DNA from: Octopus vulgaris
Taxonomy: Eukaryota
Length of the DNA stretch: 64,000 nt
Direction: 5' to 3'
Assembly (NCBI GenBank): GCA_951406725.2
Contig: OX597826.1
Span: forward strand, 52,700,001-52,764,000
The position numbers were made by a program, and so were the translations under genes. How positions within the stretch are numbered: the first letter of the stretch is position 1; the number at the start of each line of letters is the position of its first letter. The notes under the pieces are model-generated. The model worked only from the letters and a program-made list of their open reading frames with translations, had not been told where the DNA came from and searched no databases. Positions 25,340-38,045 of the stretch are shown piece by piece.

Positions 25340-26050
25340 CTAAGTTTTCGAGCAGCTCGCTTAAATTCTGTATGGAAAATGAGTGATTTTTTGAAAATAC
25401 AAACTCCATTACTTGTTTCCTACAATATGCTTTGAACGACGGTTTTATAAAATCATTAAATGGTAGTCAAGGTTTCAGCTTGGGGCACTTTCCACGAGCA
25501 GGATCGCTATATAACATTTGTTTAGGAATTCTCCGAGCCTTCATCCGCACAATGTCCCCAATCCAATGTAATCATCGTGTCAATAAGAAGGATATCGGCT
25601 CCGTCAAGTCTTCTGTTGATGGAATCTACAAGGATCAGTCAAAATTTATAAAGTATCTTAGACATCACTGAATGAAGTATTCATGGACACTTAGATGAAC
25701 GGCTTTGAATATTTTGAGGATTTTACTGCAAGGTACTGCGTAATGCTATCTGTCATTCGCTTTTATTTATGAAATCGCTATAAAATCACAATCGGTCATG
25801 AAGTAAACCTCGTGGGGTGTGTCAAAAGAATACCTCATTGAAAGAGCTAAAAGATCGCCACTTTATTGAATGCAGGAGTATAAAAGTGGGACCAGAGGTA
25901 TCTGAAAGGAAGAAAATAAGATCAAACAGCAATTGAAATGCCACAGCACGCTCGATTTGTTCATTACTCATCCGTACCATGTCAAGTACATAAGTTAATA
26001 GTGCGATGGATTCTTGATGGTCTAATCACAGTCAAAAACAAGGATACCAT
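25340..26050 (-). pseudogene. RTE-clade LINE 3' remnant
   Basis: LHWIGDIVRMKARRIPKQMLYSDPARGKCPKLKP*LPFND matches RLRW.GHV.RM...RIPKQ.LYGEL..GKR..GRP.LR.KD. Confidence 0.75.
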
Positions 26051-26857
26051 AATCATAACTCCTAAATGGTTATGACCCAGAAACATGTACAATACTTTCA
26101 CTAGCTGCTTTAGTGACTATGTACTTATGAGTACACATAAAATGTCCTTCGGTCCTCCCATTCCCAGACGCAGTAAATCATCGAGAATGGTGTTAGTGCT
26201 GCGGCAGTACTAGACGGGTACTCATTTTTCAGCTAAATGATCAGGAGCAATCTAAAATGGCTGAACAAAGAGAAATGCACGACTCGACACAATATTCAAA
26301 ATTAAGACTTCTTGTTCGTAAGCCCATTGCTGCAAACAAACAGGCTATATGACTTCACAGCATAACCAGAACTTAGCTAAAAATCTTAACGTAATTACGT
26401 AACAAAATATAATCAGATGTACGATATACATTTCGGTAATTAAAACATCACGTTAATAAGCTTTTACATGGTATAAGATTTGTTGTTCAGCCCTACGTCG
26501 ATGTGGATCAAACAATATACAAAACCCTTACATTTTTAAGTAAACCATCATTTTCTTTTTAGATATAGTGGTATCTTCTAATGTCTCATTTAAGATGCAC
26601 AATAAAGGAAATCTCGTTGATATTTCAAGCTGGAGGAGAACTAAGTGAGGGTCATGTCATCAACTCGCACTTGTTGTGTGGTGGATTGTGGAATGCCTGC
26701 TTTGCGTTACTTATGATGCACAAATCAATATATAAGGTTCTTATATATCACGGAACGTGTCAACCTCCTTAAAGCATATAAATCTTCCATCAATTTTTAG
26801 CACCCAGAACGATTTCTTGCATGATTAACATACTAAGTTAATATTACACAGATGATC

Positions 26858-27020
26858 AGGGCGGTGAACTGGCAAAATCATTGGCATGCCGGGAAAATTC
26901 TTTAACAGTATTTCGTTCATCTTCACCTTCTGAGTTCAAATTCCGCCGAGGTCGACTTCGGTTTTCATCCTTTCGAGGTCGAGAAAATGAGAACCAGTTG
27001 AGTTCTGAGGTCGATGTAAT
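26858..27020 (+). mobile_element. SINE family A, decayed
   Basis: ggcggtgaactggcaaaatc...gagttcaaattccgccgaggtcgac. Confidence 0.85.
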
Positions 27021-27049
27021 CCCAGCTTTCTACATAACTCCTAGTAGAT

Positions 27050-27275
27050 TATTTTTCATAGATTATCACGTCTTTTCTTGTATTCTTTCTGTGTGTCAGC
27101 ATGCTACTTTCACTAACTATATTAGTAACACTTTCTTCCTTTGATTTAGTTAACCTACATTGGTAATCTACCTGATATTTGTCTATCTTGGCTTTTATGC
27201 AATTAGTTCTCAATACTTGGTATCGTGCTGCTACTATTAAACTATCTGTGTCCTTTTCATCCTTCGTTTCTGTCA
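27050..27275 (-). pseudogene. R4/Dong-like RLE LINE fragment
   Basis: TDSLIVAARYQVLRTN..KAKIDK....QCRL....EESVTNIVS (AAQDQ..T...CRLC...ET..HI.S pattern). Confidence 0.7.
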
Positions 27276-28669
27276 ACACAATCATGTTTGACTATCACAA
27301 AAAACATGGTCTTTCCCCTAAAACATGAGGAATTATGAAAGAAGGCGAATATGTACCGGGGGTGGGAGAAAGAAGAGAGAATTAACAGTTGAACGTTCTA
27401 GAACTCCCAGAATGAAAACGTAAACACCCGAAAAACTTTCCCCCTATTTGTTACTAAATGTATTTCCCTCTTCTTCATTGTTAAAAGTAAAGAAGCTATA
27501 AAAGCTCGATCGTATTTCAGTCTAATTGCCATTGTAAATGACTGAGGCTTTCCTTTCTCTGTCTCTGTCGCTTTATTCTTCTTCTCTACAGTTATCACAA
27601 TCAAAAGATCCAATGCAGCAATTATTATACATCCGTTTAGAATTAAGACCATGTGAAATTGACAGTTAAACTATTGCTGCTGATGATAAATTAAGTAATG
27701 TCAGATATTCTTCCCTACTTCTCTTTTACTACAACTATAAATTTGCCATGACTACATAAAAGAACATGCCTCAAGAGATGCTAGTGTAGTGGTGAAGGTA
27801 GCTAAATAGTTGAATGAAGTAATCGATACAAGAAAGTTCGGAGATAGAAAATGTAGAAATAACGGCTATGTGGTGGTTTTCAGTCATGTGGCGTAGAGAA
27901 ATAGACGGGCATGGCAATGACATGAATGGCTCTAAGTCTAATCGACTAAGAAGCGAAAAGCTGGGTTAGCAAGATGTTTTTTATTAATGGAACGCTAGAC
28001 ATTCTAGAAACTTCTAAGAGAAACGCTAAGCTTCTTGAATAATTAAGAATCACGTCTCATATCACAGATGCTTCGAGAAACTTAGAAAACGGAGGTTACT
28101 CCATGTTCTTTCTTGCAAGGGAGATCATTTAATTATTTAGCTACCGCTACACTTGCAAGATAATAGTATATAGATGATAACCAGAAAGAGGAAGGGCAAG
28201 AGCGACTAAAACTATATTAGGATCATCAATTAAAAGGGGCCTAAAATAGAAAACAAAGGAGGTCACAATGAGATCTAAGTGGGTATTAAGAGTACAGGGA
28301 GAAAAAATGTTTATCCAAATTTAACAAAATTTATATATTATTATGTTTTGTATATCAAATAATAAAACTTTGAAAGGGATTTAAGGACCAAGTAAGAGAA
28401 GGATAGATGAAACAATACAAGCCCTATATAAAATAGAAACCTCATAATTCTTTATCCTAGCATACTGTTAATGTGGTCATGATAAAACTATTCAACAATT
28501 GACACAATTAAATTTGGATGTCATCCGAGAAGGGGTACACATTTTCTATCGATTGTAAACCAAAGATTAAGTGCTAAAAAAATAAGAAATTCTATAGTAG
28601 ATAATCTTATTTAAAGAAACCTTGGAAAAATATAAGTATATAAAAATTTCCATTATCTGTTACCTATCA

Positions 28670-28697
28670 TTATTATTTTTATTATTATTATTATTAT

Positions 28698-28755
<58 letters not shown>

Positions 28756-28765
28756 TGTGGTGGTG

Positions 28766-28812
<47 letters not shown>

Positions 28813-28852
28813 GGTGGTGGTGGTGGTGGTGGTAGTAGTAGTAGTAGTAGTA
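28670..28852. repeat. (TTA)n-(TAG)n-(TGG)n compound trinucleotide microsatellite
   Basis: Direct reading. Confidence 0.95.
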
Positions 28853-28955
28853 TTTGTATGTTTATGAAAGCGGACTCTATCAATCATTCTACTACCTCCC
28901 GACCTCTTTGATCATTTCTATATGTGTGTGTGTGTATGTGAGTGTGTGTGTGTGT

Positions 28956-28991
<36 letters not shown>

Positions 28992-29689
28992 GTGTGTATA
29001 AAAATTATAATGGAGAAAGCTGCTTATTAATTAGGTAAGTTACTAAAAGTACTAAAAGAAAGCAATTATTAAAGGCTGGACATTTTTTTATAAATTCATG
29101 TTACAAGTAATTTCTTATAATTTCGATTTCTGAAGTTTATTGAATTTTTGAACTCCAATTTTTCACAAGCTTAAATATTTTTTGCATTCACTGCTTAGTT
29201 GATTTTAATGTTTAATAATAAACAATATAGAAAAGTTGTTGCATGCGACTTTTTCCGTTTTCATTTGCAACAGTCTCTCACTCTCTCTTCTCTCTCTCTC
29301 CCTCTCTCTCTCCCTCTCTCCCTCTCTCTCTCGCCTCTATTTTCATCAATGATGATTTAAAAGCAGCTGTATAACTTTGATACGAGGCACAATTTCAAGA
29401 ATATTATCAGTTTCCGGATAATTTTACTTTTTAAATTAAGAAGTGATTTTGTTGATATGGCTGCTTGGAACGCTAAAAGGCTTACAATAATAACTATGTG
29501 ATCGGTCTTATTTCTAGCACGCTAAACAAAATAGATTTTAAGGCGCTTTTACTCATATGCTTTTTTCATTTCATGTTTAATATCATTCATTGTTTACTCA
29601 CACACACAAATACACATACACATGACATACACACGCCCACGAGTGGTTCTTCCATCTTCAATCTATGGTTCTCTTCGTTTCCACAATGA

Positions 29690-32110
29690 GTGCTTCCAGA
29701 ATCCAATGACTGTTGTTCGACACCTGAGAAAACCTACTAATGTCATTACAATTACAACAAATACTAACTGGTATGAAATAAAAAGAAAGACAGTCTGAAT
29801 CCTGGTGAGGTACCTAGAGACCGTCCAGATATTTGAGCAAGTGTTTTCAAGATAAAATATGACAGTCTCATGCATAACCTACTCAAGCATAATGTGCTCG
29901 ATAACGTCGTTGCGCACTCTGCTACCATTGAATGGCAAAAACGAGGTCTCATTCACGCTAACATTCTGCTGATAATGGCTGAAGACTGCAAAACCAGAAC
30001 GGTAGATATCATTGATCAAGTAGTGTGTTGTGAGATCCATGATAAAGAGATCAACCCAAAACTACATAAAATCATTACATCCTGCAATATTCATGGTCTA
30101 TTTGGTGAGGGTAATATGATTTAAGGCGGCGAGCTGGCAGAAACGTTAGCAGGCCGGGCGAAATGTGTAGCCGTATTTCGTCTCCCGTTACGTTCTGAGT
30201 TCAAATTCCGCCAAGGTCGACTTTGCCTTTCATCCTTTCGGGGTCGATTAAATAAGTACCAGTTACGCACTGGGGTCGATATAATCGACTTAATCCGTTT
30301 GTCTGTCCTTGTTTGTCCCCTCTGTGTTTAGCCCCTAGTGGGTAGTAAAGAAATAGGTAATATGATTTCTTCATGCATGGAATGTATGGGAGCAAATCGC
30401 CATTGCTCAAAAGGTTATCCCAAACAATTTTAACAGATAACATTTGTGGCTGAAAATTCTTTTCCTTCTTATAGGAGTAACTTGTAGAATGGGGGTTACT
30501 TCCATAATATAAAGATTAAAGATTAGGAATTTATAATTGACAATCGTTGGGCGGTTCCTCAAAATCCTTTGCTTTCTCTAAGACATCAGGAACACATCAA
30601 TTTTGAGGTTGTTCATGGTGTTCAAGCAGTGAAGTATCTGTACAAATACATCACTAAAGGTTCAGATATGATCACATACACAATCGAAGCAATGATGGAA
30701 ATGATATCCATGTACAAAATGAGATTGAGACCTTTGTAAATGTGCACTATATATCTACCAGTGAAGCATTTTGGCGAATTTACAAATTTTCACTTCATGA
30801 AAGAAAGCCACCAGTCGAGAAATTACCTTGTTATTTGCCAAGAGAACAAACAATTGCAACAAGGAGAGGGAGGAAATGCTGTTGCTAGCGGAAAGCCCAT
30901 TACAAAACTGACAGAATATTTCCAACAAAACATCAGAGACCACAGTGCCAGACACATTTTGTATCCTGTTGTTCCAAACTGTTTTACTTGGACAAACAAG
31001 AAATGGCAAAAAAGAAAAAGGGGTCATTTACATGGAGAACATGAGTTTATGGGTTCTTCTTTGCGACGCATTCCAACAGTATCCCTCAGTAGAGACCAAT
31101 CCGAACTATATCATCTTCGAATGCTTCTACATCACATAGCTGGTGCTACTTCATTCAAGGATTTAAGGACATTTGATGGTATCGAATTACAAACATTTCA
31201 AGAAGCATACATAAAAATTGACCTGCTGGATGATGATGAAGAAGAAGATAGAGCTGTGAAAGAAGTGTCATCGTTAATGTTTAGCCCTCATCTACGAGAG
31301 CTATTTTGTCCAATTTTATTGTACTTATTACCAAATAATCCTCCTGTTTTCTGAGATAAATACAAGAATTATCTTGCCGAAGATATCATGCTTCAGAATC
31401 ATGAGGAATTCTTCTCTGAACGGACATTGAATATTGTTCACATGAAAATCCAGGAAAGGCTTTAAATTGATGGCTTTGATATATCCAGGCACTTTGGTAT
31501 TCCTCAGCCAAATATAAGTATGATTGAAGTAAAATTTATTGCTTGTGTGGTTAGAGAAGAAACCATTTTTTATCAATAACAATTGCAACAAACCATTAAT
31601 TAACTTTGAATGATTAGCAAAGATCAGTTTGATACAGTTGTCTAGTCCGTAAATGGTAAAAAAGGAAGAATTCTGTGATTGAATGCAAGTGGTGACATAG
31701 GGAAAACATATGTGCTTAACATTATACTTAAGTACCTTAGACTTAAAATTAAAATTGCAATTGCTACTGCCATGTCAGGTATTGCAGCAACGTTGCTTCA
31801 TAAAGGAGAGCTCTTCATTTTAAGTTCAAAATTCCTGTCAGTGTCACTTCAGAATCAGCGTGCAGTTGTACAAAGAGAGATGAAATAGGAAAGCTAATGC
31901 AGCTAGCGGATCTGTTAGCTATTGATGAGTATGGGGCATAAGAATATCTTTGAGTGCCTTGATAGGAGCTGGCGTGATGTACGAGGATGTAACAAAACTG
32001 TATGTTGCGTTATCCAGAGTTCGAAAGAAGGTTAATGTAAAAATATAGGCTGAGAGAAATGGAAACAGTACCATTACTGACAATTGTGTCCACAAGGAGA
32101 TACTACTTTA
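29690..32110 (+). pseudogene. Helitron Rep/helicase fossil with internal deletions
   Basis: Rep motifs KPT..ITIT.N.NW.EI, IEWQKRGLIHANILL (HUH), VKYLYKYITKG; ELYHLRMLLHHIAGATSFKDLRT; Walker A ASGDIGKTY; TAMSGIAATLL; LYVALSRVR. Confidence 0.92.
30123..30355 (+). mobile_element. SINE family A inserted in the Helitron with a 13-bp TSD
   Basis: ggtaatatgattt at 30110-30122 and 30356-30368. Confidence 0.95.
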
Positions 32111-32879
32111 AAGCAAAATATGCTTTTTAGCAAGTTTCAATAAATGGAATTAACATAAATTATATGTAAAGTAACATATACTTTTGAGGAATTAAATTGC
32201 GTTGGCATGCTGGATGAATCAAATCCTTAGAGTAGATCATATTAAATTTGGGTATATTTGAAAAAGTAAGGAAATGTTATTCCCGTGCGTCCTCACAGCA
32301 CCAGACTTCTGCATCTATCTATCTCACTCTCCCTCCCTCCCTCCCTCCCTCCTCTCTCTCTCTATCTATCTATCTATCGCCTCTATTTTTTTCATTAATA
32401 ATAATTTACTTAATATGTATTCATCGCAATGTTTTCATTTCAAGTTTTATTTCGTTATTTCAGATGAGGGAGGAAATTGGGTATTTCGTTGAGTTAAATT
32501 CGCCCTCAGTTTATTGTTTATGCATGCTGGAAATTAATTATATTGAACAACTTATTAAAACTTACTGAAGTTTCCAACTCATGTGACTTATTTTCTTTCC
32601 GTCGTTATCTAAAAAGTATCAAGTGAATTTGTTGCTATGGCCATATGATACGCTACGGTTATTAAAATATTTCCATGTGATCGCCGCTATTTTTTGCACA
32701 CTAAACGTATTTGGACTACCTTGATACCTGTTTAAAAAAGAGAGATTATGACTGTGATAAAATAATGAAACCAATATTTACTAAGCAAGTGAGCACTATT
32801 ATACAAAGAAATAATTAGACGTAAAAGATCATAAAAATTATTAGAATTGGAAATCAAATGTGAAAATATCATCAAGTGG

Positions 32880-33070
32880 CTAGCAGAAAACCGTTCGGAA
32901 GCTTGGTCTTTCTGCTAGTAAGTATGTAAGTAAGTATGTATGTATGTATGTATGTATGTATGTATGTATGTATGTATGTATGTATGTGTGTGTGTATGTA
33001 TGTATGTATTTTGTCTGTGTTTGTCTCCCACCACCGCTTAATGACTGGTGTTGCTGTGTTAACGATCACG
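32880..33070 (+). mobile_element. SINE family B 3' part, decayed
   Basis: tctgtgtttgtctcccaccaccgcttaatgactggtgttgctgtgttaacg after a (TATG)n tract. Confidence 0.55.
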
Positions 33071-33461
33071 CTAAGAACTGGTGTCGATTTGCTCGATTGA
33101 AATTCCTTAGTAAAGGTGAAAGCTAAGGAAGGTAACTCTTGTACCATGGCAATGAAACTGCTCATGGTCACTTTACCAACTAAAAATCGCAACCCAAATG
33201 CTTTTAAATCAGATCCCAACGCTGTAAGTTCAAGAACCTAATAAATGGTAGATTTTCAATCCTGAGATCATCCTGATTCCAATAAGGAATACGTCTATGC
33301 AGAGCAAATGTAGACTAAGATACAGGGGTCCTGGATGGACAGGTAAGATTTCGCTTTTATTGATATAGATTAGTTAACACGAGGCTGTGAGAGAAAAGAA
33401 AACTAGCCGATGATTCGACGTAAACACATGGACCAAACCAACGCTGAGACATGCATAAATA

Positions 33462-34018
33462 CGAGAGTGAGTCAAAAAGTAATGCCATTTTGTTTAGGAC
33501 AGGTATAATTACCAACACAGGAACATGTATGATATATCAAAATGAAGCTGGTCCTCAGTGGATCACATCCCTACTTCTCAACCGTTTTTCTCAATAGCAA
33601 TGTTCCACCTTCAAATGAGAGCATGTATCCCTGTCCCGTGAAATTCTGTTGACTGTTCTTTGACCCACTTCTTCACTACAGTTTTCGCTTCCTCGTCACT
33701 GGACTATCATCGTCACTGTACTATCATCTCTTCGCCCCATGAAAGAGGGTTTGAGAGACAAACATTATTCCAGTGACGAGGAGGTGAAAACTGTGGTGAA
33801 GAAGTGGCTGAAACAACAGTTAACAGAATTTTATGAGGCAGGGATACATGCTCTCATTTGATGGTGGAACATTGCTATTGAGAAAAATGGTGACTATGTT
33901 GAGAAGTAAGGATGTGATCCACAGAGAACCAGCTTCATTTTGATGAATGATACATGTTCCTGTGTTGGTAATTATACCTGTCCTAAACAAAATGGCGTTA
34001 CTTTTTGACTCACCCTAG
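33462..34018. mobile_element. Fold-back mariner MITE built from the 3' end
   Basis: TA flanks; ~120-bp inverted ends; inner YHLFAPMKEGLRDKHYSSDEEVK...FYEAGIHALI...NGDYVEK*, with an inverted copy in the left half. Confidence 0.9.
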
Positions 34019-34794
34019 TATATTCATCAAGCTATCCATCCGTCCATATTTATACTAATATGCACACACATATGCATACATATATATATACATATATACA
34101 AACATACATACATACATACATACATACATACATACATACATACATACATACATACATACATACATACATACTCAGAGACTGACTGGTAAGTGGAATAGTG
34201 AAAATATGCATGCCTTTTCTCAAGTTCCAAATATGACATTGTTTTTGCTACCAACATTCCAATGATGGAAGTTTGAATTTTTGTTAGAAACTAGCTCCTT
34301 TCTTGCAGAATGACTGCAAATGATTTAAAACAGAAGTGAACATACAACGACAGACATATAGAGAGTGACAGACAGACAGACAGATGCACAGAGAGGCAGG
34401 CAGACAGACATACACACAGACAGACATATACACAGACAGACACACAGACACACAGACAGACTCACACACAGATAGATAGATAGATACATACATAATACAT
34501 ACATACATACATACATATATACATACATACATACATACATACATACATACATAGACATAGATAGATAGATAGATACATTCATACATTGACATATACCTAC
34601 TCAAGTAAATGCAAACACAATAGACTAGATATAGAGTTTTGGGACAGGGAAGAGAAAATATACAGAGAAGTGGAAGTTACTTGCCCAGTATATGTCAAAG
34701 AATAACTACGCAAATATCGAGAAATTTACAGCTACTCAACACGGATTACATTCGTCTATCCATTTTGGTTGTTAGTTTTTTTCTCATTCCTGCT

Positions 34795-35060
34795 CGCCTT
34801 CGCACCTCCTCATTCCTCATCCTGTCCATCCGTGTCACAAACCTTAGCCCTCAGACATTTCATCTCAAACTCATCTAATCGCCTCCTTTCCGCCTCTCTC
34901 ATTCCCCACGTCTCTGCACCATATGATATTGTCGACACAATCATGCCCTCATAAACACCTCTTTTCACTTCCATACTCAACCTTTTATCTCTCAGCACAC
35001 CTTTCACAACTCCAAGTGTCTTACTCCCCTCCCTCACTCTATATCCCACTTCCTGACGCC
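34795..35060 (-). pseudogene. RTE-clade LINE fragment
   Basis: EVGYRVREGSK...LSMEVKRGVYEGMIVSTISYGAETW...RRRLDEFEMKCLR. Confidence 0.85.
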
Positions 35061-35140
35061 AAATACTAGCATATATACACAAAACATGGAAAACAGCTCT
35101 GTTGTCGTAAAACATCTGATGGTCTGGTCGGTCACGTGAT

Positions 35141-35171
<31 letters not shown>

Positions 35172-35207
35172 ACAAGCAAATAAGTAACAAGGATGTCCAG
35201 TGATCAA

Positions 35208-35301
35208 TGCATTACGGCCGTTTCAAGCGGTTCCATTTAATGGATCAATGAAAACATTACATCAATTTCTCAATTTGAAAGAACCGCCTTCCTCAGAAGC
35301 A
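35208..35301 (-). ncRNA. Type I hammerhead ribozyme with canonical core
   Basis: Reverse complement tgctt CTGAGGA aggcggttc...gaaccgctt GAAAC GGCC GTA atgca; 9-bp stem II, palindromic stem III, one stem I mismatch. Confidence 0.78.
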
Positions 35302-35452
35302 GACAAAACTATAGATTTCCAATATGAAGGATAAATCATTTTCTAGCACAATTTACATTACTACTGGAAACTAAAATAATTACATTGTTTCCTTTTGCTA
35401 TATTTGTAGCAGAATGGTTATGTCACAAATATAGCAAAGGATACAATGTATG

Positions 35453-35496
<44 letters not shown>

Positions 35497-35498
<2 letters not shown>

Positions 35499-35690
35499 TA
35501 TAGTCAGCATGATAGATCGTTAGCCACTACACACATTTTTCCTCTCCTTGTTTTTTCTGTGTCCCTTTCTGTAGAAGAGCGTAGGCTCGAAACGTAAAAG
35601 ATATTTTCTATTCCTGAGCGTTATACTAATACATCTGTTTGTTTTGTACACCACCTGTCTTCGTCTTTTGTTTTTTTTTTCGTAAACTCT

Positions 35691-35695
<5 letters not shown>
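35497..35695 (+). mobile_element. Short HHR-bearing element (solo PLE pLTR-like) between (TA)n tracts
   Basis: cttt CTGTAGA A GAGC gtag GCTC GAAAC GTA aaag at 35565-35600; paralog at 42470-42665. Confidence 0.75.
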
Positions 35696-35755
<60 letters not shown>

Positions 35756-35846
35756 CATATACATAGTTCATAAATGAGATCCAAATAATTTCCGTATAGA
35801 ATACACTTAGTGGGGCTCAAGAGATCTAAACTCCAGCGGGTACAGC

Positions 35847-36267
35847 AGTAAATGTAGAAATAAGCAAGTTAGACAAATCAATATTTAAAGTATGTTAAAT
35901 ACAAGAAATACAAAAATGTATATATGTATACATATGAAAAGGTCCGACTTACACAGAATACAAATGATACAGAAAATGAAAGGGGTTGAGGGAAAGTATT
36001 ACAAATCCAATAGCTGTTTCTGGGGACCCGGTGGTCCATAATAATATTTGTAGATTGTTTCTATCAAAGGATTAGACGAACCTTCGTATTCATAGAAGAG
36101 CTCTTATATTTGAGATGTTGAAGAAAAGAAGTTCAAAGATGTTAGACGGACCTTTTTATATGCATATATAGTAGGACCTGTCTATATGTATATATACATT
36201 CTTTTGTATTTCATACATTTAAAATACTTTATATATTGATCTAACTTGCTTATCCCTACATTTACTT
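35847..36267. repeat. Diverged ~110-bp inverted repeat between (TA)n tracts
   Basis: agtaaatgtagaaataagcaagttaga...aaaaggtccgacttaca versus tgttagacggaccttttt...tctaacttgcttatccctacatttact. Confidence 0.8.
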
Positions 36268-36276
36268 TTATATAAT

Positions 36277-36345
<69 letters not shown>

Positions 36346-36374
36346 ATATATATATGTATATATATATATGTATG

Positions 36375-36440
<66 letters not shown>

Positions 36441-36445
36441 CATAC

Positions 36446-36524
<79 letters not shown>

Positions 36525-36530
<6 letters not shown>

Positions 36531-36710
36531 ATCCAAACAAGAAAACGCAAAAAACACAACATCGCGAGGACGTGGAACAAAGAAGGGAAGAAGGAGGGTT
36601 TAACGTTTCGAGCGGAGCTCTTCGTCGGAAACATAGGAGAAGGAAAGATCCCGTGAAGGGAAGACAGAGGAAAAAAATCGCCAACGGTACACACGAGGTC
36701 ACATTTTGAA
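36525..36710 (-). mobile_element. Short HHR-bearing element between (TA)n tracts
   Basis: Reverse complement of 36598-36632: gttt CCGACGA A GAGC tcc GCTC GAAAC GTT aaac. Confidence 0.72.
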
Positions 36711-36738
36711 AATATATATATATATATGAATATGTGTA

Positions 36739-36779
<41 letters not shown>

Positions 36780-36835
36780 ACATATATATATATACATATG
36801 CATATATATGTAAATACATACATATGCATATGCAT

Positions 36836-38040
36836 AAGAATTGGTGACGCGTATCCTGGGTGATGGTGATGCTGTTGACATCGTTCTATTGGACTTTGCC
36901 AAAGCTTTTGACTCGGTTAACCACCGTCTATTACTTGTCAAGCTTCAAGCATATAGTTTCCATCCGGATATTGTACGATGGGTTGGTGCCTTCCTCTCAG
37001 ATCGCTCCTTCCAAGTCCAAGTTAATGGTTCGTTGTCCGACGTCTCCAGTGCGAGCAGTGGCGTGCTTCAACGTTCAGTGCTTGGGCCCTTATTGTTTTT
37101 AGTCTTAATAAATGTCTTTCCCGACGACCTCACGAAACACACCCTTCTATTTGCCGATGATGTCAAACTGGTCGCTCCTCGCGGTGATATAGAGGATCTT
37201 CGTCGATGCCTCCACCAAATTTGGAGATGGTCTAACGAATAGGACCTGTGTCTGAACGTGTCAAAGTGCTGTCATCTGCCTGTTGGCTCTTCTCCTGCAA
37301 TTCAACTTGATTTCGAGCCGGGTCGTCTGCTGCTGGAGAGGACCAACCAGGTAAAGTACCTGGGTATCTTGGGGGATTCTTCCTTTTCGCCTTCGGCCCA
37401 GTGCGTCCATGCTGCCAACAAAGCACATGGAGTTCTGTTTTTGATTCGACGGTCATTCGGAATGCTCACAGCAGCCATATTCCTACCGCTCTATATCACG
37501 CTGGTGAGACCCATATTGGAGTACGGGATTCAAGCCTCTTCTCCTTATCTCCTCAAAGACATACATCATCTTGAAAGAGTCCAGAAGCTGGCTACCCGCA
37601 TGGTTCTTGGTCTCAAGCATTTGTCTTATGAAGAAAGGCTGAAGACGCTCGACCTTTATTCTCTAGAAAAACGACGGCCCGTGGTGATCTCATTCTTGCT
37701 CACAACATCATAAGCGGAAAGTGTAACCTCTCGAAAGAGCTGTTCTTCACTCCTGCTCCAGAGCGTCGGCTGCGGGGTCACTCCGAAAAGCTCTATCTGC
37801 GGCGATTTCATCTCAATCGAAGGAGAGGGGCTTTCTCCGTCCGGGTTGCGGATCCGTGGAATAAACTGCCGGACGAGATAGTGAAAATGCCGACGACTGC
37901 TCGGTTCAAAGTCTCTCTTGACCAGAAGTGGCCTGAACTCTTTGCATGAACACCCTCCCTGTACATAACTCCATGTCCCCCTACATGGCCTTGCTTTTTG
38001 CTTTTTGAGCCAAAAAAATTAACTTAACTTAACTTAACTA
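36836..38040 (+). mobile_element. CR1-clade LINE, 5'-truncated
   Basis: RT motifs [30 protein letters not shown]; LERVQKLATR...LSYEERL; 3' (AACTT)n tail; stop and frameshift present. Confidence 0.92.
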
Positions 38041-38045
38041 TATAT

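Noticed and set aside
28622-28887. Poly-Val, poly-Thr and poly-Leu/Pro ORFs
   Set aside because: Trinucleotide microsatellite translations.
32464-32568. Acceptor-like tttcag followed directly by ATG and a 34-codon ORF
   Set aside because: No convincing donor or protein similarity.
36182-36835. Many ORFs rich in YI/HT/CV/YV repeats here and across 41285-60712
   Set aside because: Stop-free translations of (TA)n, (CA)n and (TATG)n microsatellites; not genes.
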